Source: Rebecca billardiae RCC1528 (lineage: Eukaryota; Protista; Haptophyta). From it: 64,000 nt of DNA. The notes under the pieces were generated by a model. The model had not been told where the DNA came from and did not search any database. It worked only from the letters and a program-made list of their open reading frames with translations. Each line of letters begins with the position of its first letter. Position 1 is the first letter of the stretch. The position numbers were made by a program, and so were the translations under genes. Positions 58,546 through 64,000 of the stretch are shown here, one piece after another. Where the stretch lies: positions 1-64,000 of the forward strand of contig OZ251232.1 in the NCBI GenBank assembly GCA_965240325.2, in the 5' to 3' direction.

Positions 58546-61500
58546 TCAGAGCGAGATGGTGGCGGCCGCGGGCAGCGGCCGCGCGCGCGGCGTCGGCCCA
58601 GCCGCGCCGCGGGGCGGCGCGGGCGAGGCCGAGGCCGAGCTGCGCGCGGCGTGCCGCACGCAGTACCCGTAGGGCGAGCACGCGGTGGGGCTGCCCCTGC
58701 CGACGGGCGCGCCGCTGCCCGCCGAGCCGATGGCGTGCGGCACCGGCGGCAGCGCCGCGCGGTCGGGCGTGCCCGCGCGCGAGAGACTCAGGCCGACGCT
58801 CGGCCGCGGCGGCGAGCCGCCGCCGGGCGGGCCACCGGGCGGGCCGCCCGGCGGCGGGCCGTCGGGCGGCGGGCCGCCGGGCGGGCCGCCGCCGCCCACG
58901 TCGTCGTCGGCGATCGCGTCGATCGGGTCGAAGAGCGGCGGCGCCGCGTCCGCGGGCTCGGCGCCACCCGCGTCCGCGCCGGCGCGCGCGTGCGTGGGCG
59001 CGGACGGCATGCGCTCGGCGCGCGCAGTGAGCGAGTCGGAGGCGGAGGGCGCGACGCCGGTGCGGCCGCTCAGCAGCAGCTCGACGCGCGCCGCCGCTGT
59101 GTCCGGCTCGTCTCTGAAGCGCATGAAGTAGCCCTGCGCCTTGGCGGTGCTGATGTGCGCGGCCGCCAGCCCCTCGTCCGACGGCAGCGCGCTCACAAAC
59201 GCGTCCGCCAGCCGCTGCAGCGCGCGTGGGAAGCGCGGCGCGGCCGAGGGCGCGGCGCGGCCGCCCGCCTGTGCCGCCGCGCGCGCCTCTGCGCGCAGCG
59301 CCGCGTCCTGCTCCTCCTCCGCGCTGCCGCTGCCCTTGCCGCTGCCGCTGCCGCTGCCGTGGTAGAAGTGGAGGAAGAGGGCGCGCAGCTGGGAGCGCGT
59401 GGCGTACGTGAACTCTGCACACACACACGCACACGCACGGTGCACGGGGAGGGAGGGAGGAGGGTCAGGGAGGAGGGGCAGCGCGCGCTGAGCAGCCTCG
59501 TCCTGCAGCGCAGCGCGTGTGTGCGCGTGCGCGAGTGTGCGCGCGTGCGCGTCGGGCTGCATGCAGCCTGCCTGCCTGCCTGCCTGCCTCTCTCTCTGTG
59601 TGCGTGCGCGCGCGCCCGCCCTGCCCTGCCCTCACCGAGTGCGTAGTCGAGCCGGCCGGGCCTGCACAGCGCCTCGTCCTGCAGCAGCACGCCCAGCTCG
59701 TTGGTCGTGAAGACAACCACGCGCCCCTCCGGACTCTTGATGCCGTCGAGCAGCTGCAGCAGCGCGGAGAAGGACAGCTTGGACGACTTGAGGCCCGCGC
59801 GCTCCTTGCCGCCCGCCTTGGTCGTCGTCAGCCTGATGCACGGCGCAGCAGCGCAGCAGCGCAGCAGCGCAGCAGCGCAGCAGCGCAGCAGCGCGTGCGT
59901 GAGTGCGCACGCGCGCGCGCGCCGCGCGCCGGGTGCGGAGAGGCGCGAGGGTGCGCCGCGCGCCGCCGCCGAGCGGGCGGGCGCGGCGGGCGCGGCGGGC
60001 GCGGCGCGCACGTGAGGCGCGCGCCCTCGCCGATGCCGAGCTCGGCGAGCGTCTCCTGCTCGCTGTGCGCGAGCGCGCCCCCGCCCTGCGCGCCCTGCGC
60101 GCCCTCCGCCTCGTCCGCCGCTGCCAGCGGCTCTCCCTCCGCCGTGTGCAGCCGCACGTCAGCGCGCGGCACGCCCGCCGCGTCGGAGGCGAGGGTGCGC
60201 AGGTCGGCGAGCGTGTCGAGCTCGGGGTACACGCGCAGCGCGTACGCGTGCGCCCCCTTGCGGAACGCCAGCGTCACCGTCTCCGCCTCGGCGGTGCCGC
60301 CCACGCCCGCGGCGCGCGCGTCGGCGAGCCGCTGCGCGCGCGCGTCCGCGGCCGCGCGCGCCGCGTCCGCGGCCTCCTTCGCGCCCTGGCGCAGCTGGCG
60401 GCGCGAGAGGAAGGCGGCGTCGACGTCCTCGAAGAGGATCAGCGCGCGCGGCTCCGTCTCGCGGAACGCGCGCTCCAGCCACTCCCCGGACACGTCGCTC
60501 CTCGAGAGGTCGAGCACGTACACGGGCAGCCGCAGCGCGCCCGCGAGCGCGCACACGAGCGAGGTCTTGCCGCCGCCCGGCACGCCGTGCAGCACGTACG
60601 CGCGGTGGTACGGGATGCCGCGCGAGCGGTACCACGCCTCGCCGGCGAGGTACCGCTCCATGTCCGCGCGGATCCCCTCCACCTGCCCCTCCTTGAGCAG
60701 CACCGAGCCCAGCGGCCTGCTCGGCTTGTGGAAGGGCCGCACGGTCCACACGCCGCCGTGCGCGCTGTCCCAGGGGTTGTCCTTGGCGTTGCGCACGTAC
60801 ACGAGCGTGAGCGCGGCGGAGGACGCGTCGAGGCGCGCGCGGCCCTCGCGCAGGCAGTGCAGCAGCGCGCGCCGCGCGCGCGCGCGCGAGCCGAGCACGC
60901 GCACGCGCAGCTGCGCGCCGCCGTCGGCGCCCGCGCCGCCGGCGCGTTGCTCGGGCCTGCCGCCGCCGTCCGCGCCGTGCGCGCCGCCGCCCCTGGGCGG
61001 CGTGGCGTGCACCCAGAGCAGCGCGCCGCCCGCCCAGAGGCGGAGCGCGAGCGGGCGGCCGAGGTCGGGCGGCAGCGAGGGCGGCGCGAACGGCGCGTGC
61101 GCCGCGCCCACGCCCGGCCCCTCCTCGGCGCGCGCGCCGCCGTACATGGCCGCGTGCCGGCTGCGGTGCGCCGCGCGGAGCGCGGCCGCGTGCGCGCCGT
61201 CGAGCTCAGCGGCGGTGGTGACGCCGCCCTCGCCCGCGCGCGGCGGGCGCACGGCGAGCGCGTGGTGCGAGGCGGCGCACTCCGCCTCGACGAACGCCAG
61301 CAGGTACCGCCGGTGCTCGCCCGCCTCCGCCCCGAACGAGAACTCGGTCCAAAACGCTTCGGAGAGCCACGTGCCGAGCGCGTGCCGCGCCGCGCGCGCG
61401 AGCGCGTACGCGCCGGTCGCGGCCGAGCCGGAGAGGGCGACGACGAGGCCGGAGAGCACGAACTCGCGCTCGAGCGTGCGCGCGATCGCCGCGCTCGCCA

Positions 61501-61769
61501 CGCGCCACGCCTCGGCGCACGCGCCGCCCAGCCGCGCCGCCGCCGCCCACGCGCCCGCGCGCGCGGGCGCGAGCGCGGCGAGCCCGCCCGCGAGCCCGCC
61601 GCCCAGCGCGCACGCGAACGCGAGCGCGGCGCACAGCAGGCCGGCCGCGTGCGAGCGCGCGGCGTACGGCGCGGACGAGCCGCCCGCGCGCACCAGCGCG
61701 AGCGCCAGCGGCGCCGCGCACGCCGCCGTCGCGAGCAGCGCGCGCGCGGCGCCGCGCGCGGGCTGGGCG

Positions 61770-61806
<37 letters not shown>

Positions 61807-62134
61807 TGCGCGGCGGCCAGAGGAGCTCGGCGGCCGCCGCGAACGGCGGCGGCCTGGTTGGCTGCGCCGCCGGCGGCGGCGGCTCCGTCGGCTGCGCCGG
61901 CGGCGGCGTTGCCACCGGCGGCGGTGGCGGCTCGGCAGGCAGCGTGGACGAGGCGCCCGCGGGCGGCGGCGGCGCGCCGGCGCCGAGCGAGAGGTAGGCG
62001 ATGCACGCGAGCATGAGGGCGGACGCGCCCACGAGCGCCGCGCCACGCCGCGCGGCGTGCACGTCGGCCGCCGCCGGCGCGGGCTGCGGCGGCGCGTCGG
62101 CGGCGGGCGGCGCGGCTGCTCCTCGAGGCGGCAT
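58546..62134 (-). CDS. BCS1: BCS1-like AAA ATPase with an inserted ubiquitin-like domain; introns 59833-60011 and 59415-59635
   Basis: RPLGSVLL..WYRSRGIPYHRAYVLHGVPGGGKTS (Walker A); LFEDVD (Walker B); LSFSALLQLLDG..VVFTTN..ALCRPGRLD; ISTAKAQGYF; N-terminal TM helices. May be a paralog rather than the ortholog. Confidence 0.88.
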
Positions 62135-62362
62135 GCTGTCGGGCCGAGCTCCAGCACGACCCTTCTCAGCGAGCGGCTGCCCGCTCGCCAGCTGTTTGAA
62201 AAAAGCTGCTCTGCCGCGGCATGCAAGAGAGTCCGGGGCCGCCGCGCTGTTACGGTCCGGCCGGCGGTTTTCGCGCGGAAGGGCCCCCACCTATCAGGCT
62301 CTCACAGCGCGCGTCGTGCGCGCCCAGCACGCCGTGCAGCGCGGCGGCGGCGCGGCGGCGCC

Positions 62363-63025
62363 ATGCCTCGTCCGGGCATGTTCACGCAGGGCCACGTGGA
62401 GGGCCTGACGAACGAGCTCGCCGCGCAGATCACCGAGCAGGTCCGGCTCTCGGACAAGGTCGCGCTGCGCCACCCGTACAGCGCGTACAACGAGGAGCGT
62501 GTCGGCGCCTTCTTCGAGCAGCGCCCGCCCGACTTCTCGACGCACTTTGGGTACGGCTTCCCGCTCAAGGTGTTCGACCGGAACTCGGCGTACCGGCAGC
62601 GCGGCGGCGACGCCCCCTTCCCCCCCGGCTTCGCGGGCCACGTCCCCGAGAAGGCGCCCGCCATCGGCGAGACGTTTGGTCAGATCACCAAGGCCAAGGT
62701 CGACTCCAACATGGCGCTGCGCCCCGCCTCGCCCGTGTTCCAGAGCATGGCGCAGAAGACGTACCTGCACCCGCGCGACGCGGCGGCGAGGAGCCTCGCG
62801 CCGCCGCAGCTCGTGCGCGCCAAGCCGCCCCCGCCGCGCCACTACGACCCGTCGGTGTGGCAGACGTCCGCGCAGGCGTCGTGGCACGCGCCGCCCGCCT
62901 CCGCCTACCTGCCGCCGCGGCTGCGCGTGAACGAGATGGACGAGTACGGCGAGGTGGTGCCCACCGAGCGCACGTGCGCGGTCGACGAGCTCCCAAAGAC
63001 GAAGCCCACCGGCCGCCGACGATGA
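62363..63025 (+). CDS. FAM166/CIMIP2-like axonemal microtubule inner protein
   Basis: PPGFAGHVP..IGETFG motif plus short Mn-like motifs FQSMAQKTY and WQTSAQASW; GCCATG start. Confidence 0.6.
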   Translation: MPRPGMFTQGHVEGLTNELAAQITEQVRLSDKVALRHPYSAYNEERVGAFFEQRPPDFSTHFGYGFPLKVFDRNSAYRQRGGDAPFPPGFAGHVPEKAPAIGETFGQITKAKVDSNMALRPASPVFQSMAQKTYLHPRDAAARSLAPPQLVRAKPPPPRHYDPSVWQTSAQASWHAPPASAYLPPRLRVNEMDEYGEVVPTERTCAVDELPKTKPTGRRR

Positions 63026-63464
63026 GCCGCGCCGCGACTCAGTCAGAGCGCCGCGCGCCGCCGAGTCGGCCGTGTGCGCGCACCGTCGCACTGTCACACT
63101 GCTGTGCGACTGTGTGTGACTGCGTGTGACGTCACAGCGCGGCTCGTCAGCCACGCGGCGGCGGGCATCAGCGGTGCTGCGCCCCGCACGGAGGAGAGCG
63201 CCGCCGCCACGATGGCGTGGCAAACACGGTCTTGCGTGGTCGGTACGACGCTGATGGACAGGCCGAGCGGACCGAGCGGGCGGCCGCAGCGGGCGGGGCG
63301 GCGCCAGGCGGCCCGGGCGGCCGGCCCCGGCCGGCCCAGTGATGACGGCATGCTGCCGGGCGGCTGCCATGCTGACAATAATACTTGACGTGCGCTCGGA
63401 TGCGCGCGCCATATCAGACCGTCGTTGTTGATGACTCGTCGTCATATTTATATTATTAATATAA

Positions 63465-63468
<4 letters not shown>

Positions 63469-63559
<91 letters not shown>
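63469..63559. repeat. (AT)n microsatellite
   Basis: Pure AT run with an AT-rich left flank. Confidence 0.97.
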
Positions 63560-63562
<3 letters not shown>

Positions 63563-64000
63563 GTACATCAGTAGCGCGCGCTCGATAGGCTTAAGCCTAA
63601 GACTCTAGGCGCCGGCGGATGCCTGCTAACTGCTGCTTGATCTGATGCTGATGAGACGATATTATTTATTGATGTCGTGAGACGAAGGCGACGGCAGATT
63701 GGGCAGATCAAGATGGCGATGCACGGTCGGCGAGAGTCCTCGCCGTCGCGGTAGGCGTAACGGACGCGGCGCGCAGCCGCCACCACAGTCCACAGCAGCT
63801 CGAAGAGTGGCGCGTTGACACGGCGCGGTCCCGCCGGGCTCGCCCGCTGCAGCGCCGCCATCAATCAGCCAGCACAGTGCGCGCCGAGAGCCAGCAGCTG
63901 CCCGTGCGGCTGGCCTCGCACTCGCACCGTGAACGGCCGGCGGAACGGCCGGGCTCACTCAGCCAGTGGCACGCACTTGCCGTGTGCAGCCGACCCCCCG

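Overview
Chromosome end of a very GC-rich, intron-containing eukaryote with TTAGGG telomeres. The composition and gene style suggest a haptophyte alga such as Pavlovales/Diacronema (inference only). Layout: ~3.1 kb terminal (CCCTAA)n; then inverted telomere-variant arrays interleaved with three copies of a 145-bp module carrying internal inverted repeats (to ~4.3 kb); then ~9 kb of gene-poor subtelomere with degenerate duplications and gene relics; then a gene-dense region of 18 protein-coding genes, with a nest of (TA)n-anchored repeat elements at 53-58 kb. Most ORFs in the supplied track are GC-driven shadow frames, so I rebuilt genes by hand using GT-AG introns. The strongest candidate for a novel system is a 4-exon gene (23939-26403, minus strand) that splices into SPX + C3HC4 RING + Gal4-type Zn(II)2Cys6, a possible single-chain phosphate sensor, E3 ligase and transcription factor. 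Other unusual fusions: EF-hands on an oxoglutarate/dicarboxylate-type mitochondrial carrier; TM + ShK + Asp/Glu racemase; a BCS1-like AAA ATPase with an inserted ubiquitin-like domain; PHD-like finger + Spt3-like fold. All domain calls come from motif recognition by eye; no searches were run.
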